DNA of 55,763 nucleotides from Trichinella spiralis. Lineage: Eukaryota. This document shows, one piece after another, positions 44,636-55,763 of the stretch. A model generated the notes under the pieces. The model was not told the origin of the DNA and searched no databases. It saw only the letters and a list, made by a program, of their open reading frames with translations. The stretch covers positions 6,008,129 through 6,063,891 of the forward strand of contig NW_003526945.1 of assembly GCF_000181795.1 (NCBI RefSeq), read 5' to 3'. The position numbers and the translations under genes are program-made. The stretch's first letter is position 1. Each line of letters opens with the position of its first letter.

Positions 44636-45743
44636 TGAAATGTAAGTTTAAATTCTAAACAAATATTTAGAATTTAAATTTCAATAAATTTTTAAATTAA
44701 ATTAAATATTTAAATATCGAAAGGTAAAAGTAATAACAGTAATAATGGAATTGCAGTTACTGAACTGAAAATATTCATATTAACAACGTTGTTGAAATGA
44801 ATAAGCAAACATTTATAATTTATATGTATATTGTTAAAGTGTTCTTCATGACATTCAGCGTCATATTTTGGATATTACAGCAAGCGAAAAGTAATATCAT
44901 GTTAATATATATCGTCATTAGATCACCTTCGCAGCTGTTGCTTACGTGCAGTATTGAAAGTTGTAAAACATCATTTAATTTCACTTTTAATTATCCCTGT
45001 AAAAATTGTTTGTTTATAAATTCCGCTATGGTGTGATTTTTTTTACATTAACTTTGAATTAAAACAGAGTGATTTTGCGTTTTCAAGTAATCTAATTGTT
45101 GAATCGTACACATAATCAAGAAATAAAAAGCATAGTTTTATTCAAACTTTACCATATACCTTTTTCCATGTGTCATAGCCACCTTTTGCATTTTGCAATT
45201 TACAATAATTGGTAAATGATGCTTCAAAAAAGTATGAAGTGTTGTTTTGAAAAATCTGTTTTCTTCAGTATGTAAATATCACATATTTATGTGTGATCAC
45301 GGTATCACGGTTTTGCCGTTGATGATTATGAGCATCAATAAAACCATTAAAATAATGCATTATAAATGTAACAGTTGTCAAATAAATGATCATCAATTAT
45401 AATTGTGAATTTAAGATAGTGATAATGTTTTAATATTACAGAATTGCTAACATATGTACTGCAAATGCATGATTTACAGTTTTTTCATTATAGCTAAATC
45501 AACTCTCAGCCCATACTGAAAAATTTAATAAGCATCATCATATTATGGTTAAATATTAACAAGGAATGCAGTATGTATGTGTGATTAATGCCAATTGTGA
45601 AAAAGTCGCATCAGTTTCGCGACTATTTAACATTTCGTTCATTTTTATTTTGTAAATGAAACATTTTCCTTATGTAGTGAGGTTTTTAAAAATTCTTTAA
45701 TGAAAGAAAACAACTGCCTTTAAACAACTGCTTTCTTTTAGAA

Positions 45744-46712
45744 ATGAACATCAAAATGTTTAATAGTTCAAGTGTTGAAGTGGTAAGCCACGCAAATCCA
45801 TTTATTGCAGAACTTACGATTGGCATCAGTATTGTACTGATATTATTAGCAGTGACTGCTACCTGTACCAGCTCACTAGTTCTTTTCATATTTATTAAAG
45901 AGGAAAAACTTCGAACCCGTTACTTTCTTACTATGGCTGCAATGGCATTGAACGATCTTCTCACTGGTCTGTGTTACAGTTGCATACAGTCGTGGAAACT
46001 CATACGTGATATGTCAGTAAACAGTGATGTATTATCCGCCGATCCTGACTGCTGTAGTAGAACAGCATTTGTCAGCTTTTGTAACAATAATGCACTGATG
46101 TCAGCAGTGGTGTTGACAGTTGATCGTGCAGTTGCGATTACGTATCCACTTTCATACAGACACATGTCATTATTGAAATTTCACGTACCCCTCTTTGTCA
46201 TTGCTTACACTTACTCATTTTCTCTATCCTTAGTTATTGGCATACAAGGTCACAAAAAACCAATTCCATTTAACCGTTGCGGACCAGAATTGTGCTGGAA
46301 TTCATGGGAAATTGTTCACAGTGTACAAAATTTTAATATGTCAATTGCCGGAGGAATTTTAATGATCAATCTCTTTGTTATTCTCTTTTCAAGGTATAAT
46401 ACAATTAAGTATCAAAAACGAAACCTCATTCAACTATTTTACATCAAATATCATGAGCAAATGCGCGTCATGCGCACTTTAAGCAGCGTTATACTGATTG
46501 TGATCATCACTCAAATTATTGGCCGTGTATTAAGACGACTGTCTTTCTTACAAACAACAGAAGTTTACTTTACACTTCTGTATAGATCGTTTTCTTTGCT
46601 GACTGTTCTAAATGCGGTTCTCAACTTTTTCATCTGCATATTGACATCCACTGAATTTCGTTTGTCTTTAAAAGAACTCTTTATACATTCCAATATTGTC
46701 AGCCCGTTTTAG
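45744..46712 (+). CDS. Intronless class-A (rhodopsin-like) 7TM GPCR, probably a nematode serpentine/chemoreceptor-type receptor, 322 aa
   Basis: One uninterrupted ORF with about seven hydrophobic segments. TM2 reads AMALNDLLTG, the TM3 DRY-like motif is VDRAVAITYPLSY, and TM7/helix 8 reads NAVLNFFICILTSTEFR. AATAAA at 46746-46751. Confidence 0.85.
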   Translation: MNIKMFNSSSVEVVSHANPFIAELTIGISIVLILLAVTATCTSSLVLFIFIKEEKLRTRYFLTMAAMALNDLLTGLCYSCIQSWKLIRDMSVNSDVLSADPDCCSRTAFVSFCNNNALMSAVVLTVDRAVAITYPLSYRHMSLLKFHVPLFVIAYTYSFSLSLVIGIQGHKKPIPFNRCGPELCWNSWEIVHSVQNFNMSIAGGILMINLFVILFSRYNTIKYQKRNLIQLFYIKYHEQMRVMRTLSSVILIVIITQIIGRVLRRLSFLQTTEVYFTLLYRSFSLLTVLNAVLNFFICILTSTEFRLSLKELFIHSNIVSPF

Positions 46713-48379
46713 CCTATTATCATTATACTGACATCTTCAGCGGGAAATAAATGCATTTTTTACAATTTCAAAAAGTTAATTTTTGTAAATTCTTCATCAT
46801 AATATCATATACGTATATAATTGAAATGCTATTGTAATTTACAGACATTCGTTGGGAATCACCAAATGCTTATTTTCTCCCTAGGTTGAAAATTATTAAA
46901 ACTGCACATCTACTTCAACTGCATTCCTAGGCTATGAAATTTTCGCATTAAACAAAGATTGACAACAATTGAGCAAATATCTCAAAAATGGTGAACAATT
47001 CTATCTAAAAATGTATCACTTTAACATGAATTATTAATTTTAATTTGTTTCAGTGCGTGATAAAAATTTATTTCCGTCACTAAACTAACTGTTCCAACAG
47101 AAGAATTCAATTATGCAACAAATGGAAAATAAATTCAAACAGGCAATTGGTTGGTATCATAAAACGGCAAAAGCACCATGAAGATGAAAATGCACGACTT
47201 TTTCTAGGAAGTAATTGCTTTTCAAAAAGATGGTAAGTGGAAAAAATTTACTTTAATTCCTTTCTCTAATATTCCTTCTTTGGCTTCTTTTCTTTTTAAT
47301 AATTTTGACGATCTATTTAATTAATTTTCAATTTATATTTCATGCTTTTTTATTCTTTTTCTTTATTCTCTTCTACAGGCAAAATTGATGAAAAATACAT
47401 GAAAACCAATCCAGTTTTTGATGATCAACCTGGTTATTATTATTGAGCACTTCGATTTGGCTTTCACCTTTCAGCAGATCAGCATAATAAGGGGGGAGGG
47501 GATAAAGCAAGTTCACTTCACACTGGAAACGAACAAGCAAGCTCAACAGCAGCTTCATTGAGTGCTTTACAAGTAGTGCTTTTTATGAGGAAGCGATTTT
47601 CAATTTCTTTTCAAAATGAATTTCTTGCTTTGATGCTTGTGTAAAATTCTGAAGAAAAGCATTGCATCGAAAAGCTACATTAACCCTGATTGAGCAAAAA
47701 GTAATTTCTCCTTCCAATAATCAAAATTTGATATTTTTTTGCTTTGTTACTATTTCAGAATACAATTTTTATTGTTGTATCACTGAATAAATCTATACAT
47801 TGTGAGCATTTGGTAATTCTTCTGAATAATTAATTTGACAACCAGAAAGTTTTCAGTGAAAATCGCATTTCACATAATATACAATTCTTATGTATTACTT
47901 CCCTGCTTCAAATATTTCAAACATTCCTGAATACTTGGCCAACAGCGGTAATGATGATCAGCGTTGCACAAATGCACTTGATCTTGTTGTTCTTAACATT
48001 TCTCTTCTGAAAACTACACGATGGCACAAAGAATTATAATCCATTATAATTCCACGAATAACGTACATGAAAATTTCAAACAAAGAAGTTTCTGTAATGC
48101 ATAAAATAAAATCATTTTCCATTCATAATTAGCCAACAGTTTTATTGGCGGAAGTTGCAATTGCAAAGCCATGCTGACGTTTTCCATTCAGTAATATCTA
48201 AACAAATATATCATTTAGGGGGCTATGGCAAGTTCGTACATGTTGTCATGGGTGATAAATTTTGCAGTTTTTACGAAGAAGGAAAAACAACTTCTTCGCG
48301 ATTTTCACATTACTTGTAGGAATTGATGAATCACAGTGCAGTGGAAAATTTCAGCGAATACGATTCTGCTTTTATGGAA

Positions 48380-49585
48380 TAAATTTTCAAAATTTCGACC
48401 TTTTTTCATTGCTTGACTTTCACATTGATAAATGATAGTGTTTTGAAAAGATTCAACCCTACATGCTTAGTAGTGATGGAATAATGGGCGTCTGAATTTG
48501 GCGTACGACCCACCGCAATGCATAGTGAAGTTGCTCCTCAGTAACTATCTTTCAATGGAAGCAGATGAAACGATGCTTCCCATTTTTGCACATGAAACGT
48601 TTTTGACATCGAATCTGTTCGATTTTCACTTATGTAACTTTTTTAACGATCAATTGAATTTAATTTCTGTAATTATTGCCGTTAAATAATCATTATTTCC
48701 TGCGAAACAAAACGTAAGCGTTGTGTTTATTTTGCTAAAAGGCAAACATTTCACGGAATGCGGTCCCCATTGCCATCTTTTTCATGTATTATGCTTCAGA
48801 TTGATACCAAATGTGTGGCTAATTGAATTTACTTTCGCTACTTAACAACGATGCAATACGGATTTGCATAATTACTATAATATGCAGTCGCCCAGGGTGA
48901 AAAGTCATTGAAATGCTAAGAAATTAAATAAATTCACACACAATTCATGTCAAACTATTGGGCCCATGCATGGTAGTTTTTCGAATCTTTATAGGTATCG
49001 GTAGTATGCACAGTTAATCTGATTCCATGGTTGTCAAAAACTCTGCCGTATTGTAAGAGAACTTACTGATAAGTGCAATCAATTTTGTGCCAATTAACGG
49101 TATGTAAATTTTTCATAACCCATAATCGATGATTTTTTGAGAAATTTGATAAAGCTGACGGTTTGAGCATTTGAAATTTATAGAATAAAAAGACTCGCAC
49201 ATTGCACGAAAATTGCTTTCTAATGTGATAGTTTTCAATAATTGTTGTCTCTGAACTGCAATTAATCAAAAAATTCAGTGAACAAAGGTTCTTAATTTCG
49301 AAAGTTCCTGTTGTTTAAATGAAAATCAGGAACATTTCTTATTAAAATAAATTCCATTCTTGGGGTAAAAACATTGATAGTGGAGTTGTAAGAATTAATG
49401 AAATCATTTCACGTGCACATTGATTTAACTTTGATTTTTTGTTTTTTTTTATTTCGACTTCGTTAAAATTCTATTTTAATTTTTACTTTTTTGGTACATC
49501 TCAAGACATACGCAATCAGGAGCGATGAGGGTAAATTTATAGTAGTTAGTGAATAATTCTCTCTTCATTGCTCGTTTATTTAAAC
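48380..49585 (+). repeat. Diverged ~1.2-kb repeat, forward copy
   Basis: Colinear with the reverse complement of 54250-55425. Examples: GGCAAACATTTCACGGAATGCGGTCCCCATT (about 48741) vs AATGGGGACCGCATTCCATGAAATGTTTGCC (about 55039); TCAAACTATTGGGCCCATGCATGGTA vs TACCATGCATGAGCCCAATAGTTTGA; TTTCGACTTCGTTAAAA vs TTTTAACGAAGTCGAAA. Confidence 0.88.
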
Positions 49586-50158
49586 ATTTGCGATAAGCGT
49601 ACACAAAATCATTTTCCTTCCACACTTTTTTACTATCTATATCTTATTTCCCTTATATTTTTCCTATTTATTTTTCTGCCTCCGTCGTTTTGCGAAAAAT
49701 ATCCAAAAATATTTCGTACAAATTTCAACTTTTTGTGAATGGTAAATGTTGACATTGTTATGGATATAAATTTCCCATAAAATTAGCGCATTGCGCCTTT
49801 CTTAATATGTAGGAAAGTAGCCAATCTGTAAATTCCTCGAACGGCATCTAACATACGTGATTTTCAGCGAACGTAGCTCTATTGGCATTTGATTTGGTTA
49901 TGCATAAAAATTCATCATCTTTCAGAAAATTTTGTTTTTTCATGCGATCCGCTTTTCCTTTATTTTCAGTTTCTTTTAATTAATTTGTAAGATGTTGTTC
50001 CAGAACAAGTTGAAATGGAAATAATTCATTTAATTTTGTACCTATTAATGTGTCTTTCTGTAATGCTTAATTGAAATGAATTACCAACTTTATGTTCCTT
50101 CAAAAATGATTAATGCCTGAATGTCATAACCTACCTTTATGATAAGCCTAACCTTTAT

Positions 50159-50275
50159 GATAAGTGATTGGGTGAATAACTTTGCCATTTGATTAGCTAT
50201 TAAGTTTTGATCAAGGATTGGGTAATTGTTGTTTATCAATCCTTTTCCAAATATGGGTGCATTAGCATTAAATTA
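50159..50275 (+). repeat. ~115-bp dispersed direct repeat, copy 2
   Basis: Aligns by eye to 44521-44635. It is immediately preceded by a 17/18-bp tandem duplication (CCTA[A]CCTTTATGATAAG x2, 50130-50164). Confidence 0.9.
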
Positions 50276-50939
50276 CCTTATATGGACATAAAAAGCATTT
50301 ACTATTTTTCAAAACACAGCTTTCTAAGATATGGTGTTAGTTATCTTTTACTGCATTAAAGGGATTATAATGTCAATATCATACAATGTCCAAGCAGAAA
50401 AATCTTAGTATGTAATTGTTTTCATGAATCGCAATAATTCATCAATATTGTTTGCCTTCATTTCAAGCTGAGTTTAATTTCAAGATATGCATTACTATAT
50501 TCTTTTAAAAGTAAACTGTTTTCATTTTGTTTCTATTATCAAAATGCTTACAGTGCACAAAAAATTAATTTTTGTATTACTTTATTTTTTATGTGATGTT
50601 ATTTTGAAAGTTGTTCTAGCTATTGTTTTTCAATTTCTAGCTAAAAATGAACGCGATTCGTGACTTAATATATTCCAGTAGGTAAACACGTTGAAAACCG
50701 CCATTAGTATGACATAGAGAAGACATAAAAAATAAAAGGAACATCACTAATAGACAGGATAGTTCTTAACAGGAATAGACAGGATGCTTCTAAAAACGCG
50801 CGCCGCATTGTAAAATAATTTGCTGATAAATTCAATCAATACTGTTCCAATTAAATATCTAAATTTTGAATAACACCTAATTGTTTAGGCATTTGACATT
50901 TATAGAAGGGATTAGATTCGATTTACAGAAGGGACAGAC

Positions 50940-51328
50940 CTATTAAAATAAACATCTTTTGTTGCTGTAAACATTGATACGTCCGTCGTGAAAATTAATC
51001 AAACGATTTTATATGCACACATATTGCACTTTTATTTTTCATTCCTTTCTATTTCAACGTCGTTTACGTCCAATTTTCAGTTTTACTATTTTGGTACATC
51101 TCAAAAAATACGCAATCAAAGTCAGTGCGGATAAGTTCATAGTAGTTCGCTAATAATTTCTGATCGATATAAATCAATTCTTTAAATACTGAAGAAAAAC
51201 CTTTTTCTCGAAAATTTAAAAATTTCATGGGCTATAGACTTGGTTGTTTTGCGAAAATCAGCGAAAACCTTTTCCTAGAATTTGGGCTTTTTGGATTGCC
51301 TGATTTTCACATTCGTAAATGATAGTGT
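50940..51328 (+). repeat. Partial third copy of the ~1.2-kb repeat, ending at an assembly gap
   Basis: 50940-51160 aligns to 49340-49560 (TTTTGGTACATCTCAA.A.ATACGCAATCA). 51200-51328 aligns to the reverse complement of about 55365-55505 (AAATTTCATGGGCTATAG.CTTGGTTGTTTT.GCGAAAA). Confidence 0.8.
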
Positions 51329-51338
51329 NNNNNNNNNN
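51329..51338. other. Assembly gap (10 N)
   Basis: Run of n characters. Confidence 1.
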
Positions 51339-51732
51339 AACAAAAAAATACAAAACAAACGGAAATCAAAAATTATTTATGAAGATAAATACTGAAGATA
51401 AATTCTAACCTAAGCCGCGTTGGAATATGAACAGAAGAAATGCACCGCTAAATTCTACCAATAAGGAAAGGAGTATTTTGAAAATTCAAAAATGACCTTG
51501 ATAATTCTTTAAAATTTCAGTCAAAATATAAACTATGTGACAAAATTTCGCCATAACAAAAGAAAATTAACTTTAGACAAAACACACCCTACGTATGTCT
51601 GAAAATTTTTCTTAAATCAAAAACCCAGTAGCTGAAATGAGCTAATTTAAGTGAACCATTTACAGGCCAAAAGCTTGCTTATGGTCAATTGAAGTGCATG
51701 TTAGCTTACTGCAAAGGGGATTTGGCAGGATC

Positions 51733-51742
51733 NNNNNNNNNN
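51733..51742. other. Assembly gap (10 N)
   Basis: Run of n characters. The following sequence is homopolymer-rich and looks like a low-quality read end. Confidence 1.
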
Positions 51743-54249
51743 AAAAAATTAATTTTGTTGGGCAAAAAGTGCAAGGATTGGGAGGTTCAATTGGTAAAAA
51801 AGCATGATTTTCATAAAGGATGTGTGGGGGGAAAAAATGAAATCAAACAGCGACATGGTAGGGTTTCAATGGGAGCCCAATGGAATGATTAAGATCATGA
51901 GCAGCACAGAAATTCAATGATAGGATTGTTTTTTCGAAAACATCATACGTACAGTCGGCCTACGATAAGACAGTCTGATGTTAATAAATATTAGTTAATG
52001 TTGATAATGTGAAAGATGTACGTTTTCCCATTTTCTTTTCAGGGTGTAATTTCACACTTGAATAGCTAGCTTTTGTCGTCGATATATCTGTACCGGGCTA
52101 TCATCACATTTTCTAATGGGCTGAAATCATACTGATCGAAATCGAGTTATGAGGGCTCTCATTCGCATGGCATTATTGCGATGTTGAAGAACTTTGCTTT
52201 CCATTGTATGCTTTGTGTAATGGTATACCATTATTTGCTTGCAGGCGAAAAGTCACTCTTAATTATTCACTTTGAATGTTATGTATTTGCATAAATTTTC
52301 TAAATTTCAAAATGATTGAAATACAGGTAAAATAATGTGTTCTACTTACATGCTGTCTTTCTTCCTCTGTCACACTTAAGTATGCATTTCTAACACTTCC
52401 TTCTAAAAAATAATTACGAATTAGAAATTTAGAAATAAATCTCATGAATTTTAATATTTTTACCATGCACTGTTATTTGGATTCAATTACGTTCTATAAC
52501 ATGGCTATTGCATATTTGTTTATCTGATAATATTCATGCAAATGACATAAGATATAACCGCATGGTTATTGTATGACTTGCTTGCTTTTAACATGCAAAT
52601 GAATTGAAGCATGTACGAAATGGTGAATGGCTGTCTTATGTAGGTTCTTGTAATAGCTATATTGATGTAGCACTTGTGTGTATGAAGCATCGATAGGTAA
52701 CAAAAGTAATATAGATGAGGATACGATTTTCAAGGATAGGTGAACAAAAGGAAATTCGAAACGATAGGAATATATCAATGTTAGTAATAACTGCGGAAAA
52801 GCCAAATTTATTAGTTATATTGGGCAAATCAAGCATGAAATATCTGCACATTGTCAAATATCATTTACCTGTTAATTATAGACGATATGCAAGTGTGTGA
52901 TTAGATTTGCGCACATTTTCTTGTGAGGACCAACAAAGTAACCGTTCAGAAACGTGGCATTCTGCAATATTGTATGATAGTAAGTTCGGTTTGGGTAACA
53001 ACCTAATTCTTGATGAGTAAGAGCGTAATAGCATAAATTGAAAGTGATCTTTTATTAATTTGTTTGCTAAAATGAAAGCTCTTTTGCTTAAAGGCATGTA
53101 AGGTGATGAACAATGCAAATAGTATGAAAATTCATTTCATCAAGTTTATTTAGCATATTAAAATCTACAATTAGTTGTGAAAAAATTGAAATTATTATTC
53201 TTGATACTGACTGCACGCCATGCAAAATATTTTACATTACCATCAAATATTTAGGCGATAAATAGCTTTATAAGAAAAGAGGAAGATCTAGTTAAGGAAT
53301 AGACAATGCAATTTTATTACATACATTCTCTAAAGGATCACTAAAAGGAATTCCATTTTTCATTCTCATTACTGGAAATTATCAATCCAAGCATAGAATG
53401 AATGTCAGTAACAGAAAATAGAAAGCCGCTAGTTTTCAGCTGGCCTATTGTTGAAGTCCTACAATCGTAACATATGAACCATGACTTATGCTTGTTTCAT
53501 GGATGATTTAAGTGAGTAAAATTGAAAACACTGCTTGACTGATGGCCATATAATACTAATATAATAAATTGCTAACCACAGAGAGCACATCCTGAAGAGT
53601 GGTACAAGTGTAAGTGTACAATTTAAATAGCATATCAAATTTTCTCCGTTGTAGTTAGAGGGCCTAATACTAATGCAAAATTCAAGGCAAGAAAGATTTG
53701 AATTATTCTTGACAGTTTCTCAAATGCTCATCATTTAGCATAACACTGTTCTCAGGGCATTGCTAAAACTGTTTCAAATGAATTCAATGTAATAATTCAT
53801 TCGACAGATTTCAGACATTTCATTTACTCAATTACTTTGATGTTTATTCAGAATTTATTCCTCCCGTGAACACGTGCATTAAAAGTCCATCTACAGAAAG
53901 AGCACTGAAGCATTAAAAGATATAAATCTACATTCATATATGCACTTGCATGGAACGGAAGGAAGCCTGCATTTCCAAAAGGCAGAATATATAGCACAAA
54001 AGTGTCCACTTTCAGAGAATACCATGTTTTAATGTGGAAAATGTTTAACTTACATAACATCACCCATTCAAATTCAAAAAAATATCAAAACCTAGAAATG
54101 TGCTAACGTTATAGGCTATTTATTCCGATACTTGTGGATAACCACTGCCTAAATGTTGCACGGTACGCTAAGATAAATTTAATGAAGTGAAAAAGTTCAA
54201 GTTCGACGATACTGAATAGGCATGATGTTTTGTACGTTTACCCTGCATG

Positions 54250-55505
54250 TCCAAATAATAGAGCAAACAGAAGAGAATTATTCACTAACTACCATTAACT
54301 TACCCTCATCGTTCCTAAGTTGTACGAAAAAAAAGTGAAACTTAAAAAGGATTTTAACGAAGTCGAAATAAAAATAAACGAAAAGCAAAAGCTAAATAAA
54401 TGTGCATATGAAATGGCTGCATTAATTTTTACAAGACAACTTTGCATTTTTTTTAGAAAAAAAAGAAATTTATTTTAATAAGAATTGTTCTAGGTTTTCA
54501 TTTAAGCAACTGTAACTTTCAAAAGTAAAAACCTGTGTTCACTGAATTTTTTTGACTTATTACAATTCAGAGATAAGAATTATCAAAAATTATCACATTA
54601 GAAAGTTATTTTCCTGAAATATGCTAGTGTTTTTATTCTATAAAGTTCAAATGCTGAAACCGACAAATTTATTTATTATTTCAAAAAATCATCAATTGCG
54701 GATTATTGTAAATTTACATACCTATAATTGATTTGCACTAATCATAAAATTATTTTACAATATGCCGCAGTTTCCGTGAAGCATGGAATACGTTTCACCG
54801 TACAAACTGGTGGATACCTCTAACGATTCGAATAAATACCATGCATGAGCCCAATAGTTTGAAAGGAATTGTGAATTTATTTAATTCTCATAGCATTTGT
54901 AACGAAGGTTCACCATGGGCGACTACACATTATACTAATTATGCAAATCATGATTGCATCGTTGTTACTTAGCGAAAGTAAATTAAAATAGTCACACTTT
55001 TAATATCTATGAGAAGCTTCGTAAATGGAAAAGATGGTAATGGGGACCGCATTCCATGAAATGTTTGCCTCATAGCAAAGTAAACACTTACAACGCATTC
55101 GTTTTGAATTGCAACAATTAATGATTATTTAACAGCAATAAATTTAGAAATTCAATTCTATTAATCGTAAAAAAAGAAATAATTAGTGGAAATCTAACAA
55201 ATTCTATGTCAAAAATGTTTCATTTGCAGAAATTAGCGGTCTCCGCTTCGGTTGAAAGAGAATTACTGATGGCGACACTCCTTTGTATTAAGATTCGCAG
55301 CAACTCAAAATTAATAGCCAAATTATTCAACATCTACTGGGTAGTTTGTGTTGAAACAATAGAAAACACTATCTTTTATCAATATAAAATTATAACAATC
55401 AGAAAAAAGTCGAAATTTTAAAAACAAATTTTTTCGCCAATTTTTCGCAAAAACAACCAAGCCTATAGCCCATGAAATTTTGCAATTTTTCGAGGAAAAT
55501 TTCTT
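54250..55505 (-). repeat. Diverged ~1.2-kb repeat, inverted copy
   Basis: Its reverse complement matches 48380-49585 throughout and matches 51200-51328 at its right end. Confidence 0.88.
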
Positions 55506-55763
55506 TTTTACAAAAATTACAGCCATTTAATTTCATATCGGCAGAAAATTCTCTGTCAGCTGTGATAGGATTATACCGACAGCTCTTGATTACGTATCTG
55601 GTGCTGTCTATCAAGAGAAATGAAACCCAAATTAAGATTCTCTACGCAAGTGCAAATTAAAACGGAAAGGAAAATTTAAAGGGTGAAAATTTTCTTTAAA
55701 AAAAATTATTTATAATAATTTCTCTATTCAAAAAATAACCCGGGGCTTTTATTCTAGAAAAAA

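Noticed and set aside
50749..50795. 25-bp-period duplication of AATAGACAGGAT
   Set aside because: Only two copies, consistent with local slippage; no sign of function.
51339..51900. ORF 51689-51892 and unusual composition between and after the gaps
   Set aside because: The ORF spans Ns and the sequence looks like low-quality read ends.
52263..54063. Scattered minus-strand exon-like fragments and short ORFs
   Set aside because: I could not build a stop-free spliced ORF or recognise a domain; at best this is a decayed pseudogene.

Overview
AT-rich eukaryotic genomic DNA with many short (about 45-70 bp) GT-AG introns and TTTCAG/TTTTAG acceptors. It is most consistent with a nematode; a Trichinella-like clade I species is my inference. 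Four genes are visible. (1) The 5'-truncated remainder of a giant muscle Ig/Fn3 gene of the UNC-89/obscurin family (+, 19-26605, about 45 Ig I-set domains and one Fn3). (2) Exocyst subunit EXOC8/Exo84 (-, 27348-30830). (3) Rho-associated kinase ROCK/LET-502 (+, 33184-41378). (4) An intronless class-A-like 7TM receptor (+, 45744-46712). The last 9 kb are gene-poor, with a diverged ~1.2-kb repeat family in both orientations and two assembly gaps. The most interesting structure is in the unc-89-like gene: a tandem array of 12 homologous 315/318-nt phase-1 single-Ig exons followed by a 300-nt acidic exon, a candidate internal first exon giving a short 13-Ig+Fn3 isoform, and a stop codon where the kinase module would be expected to start. 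All alignments and homology calls were made by eye or from recall; no searches were run.
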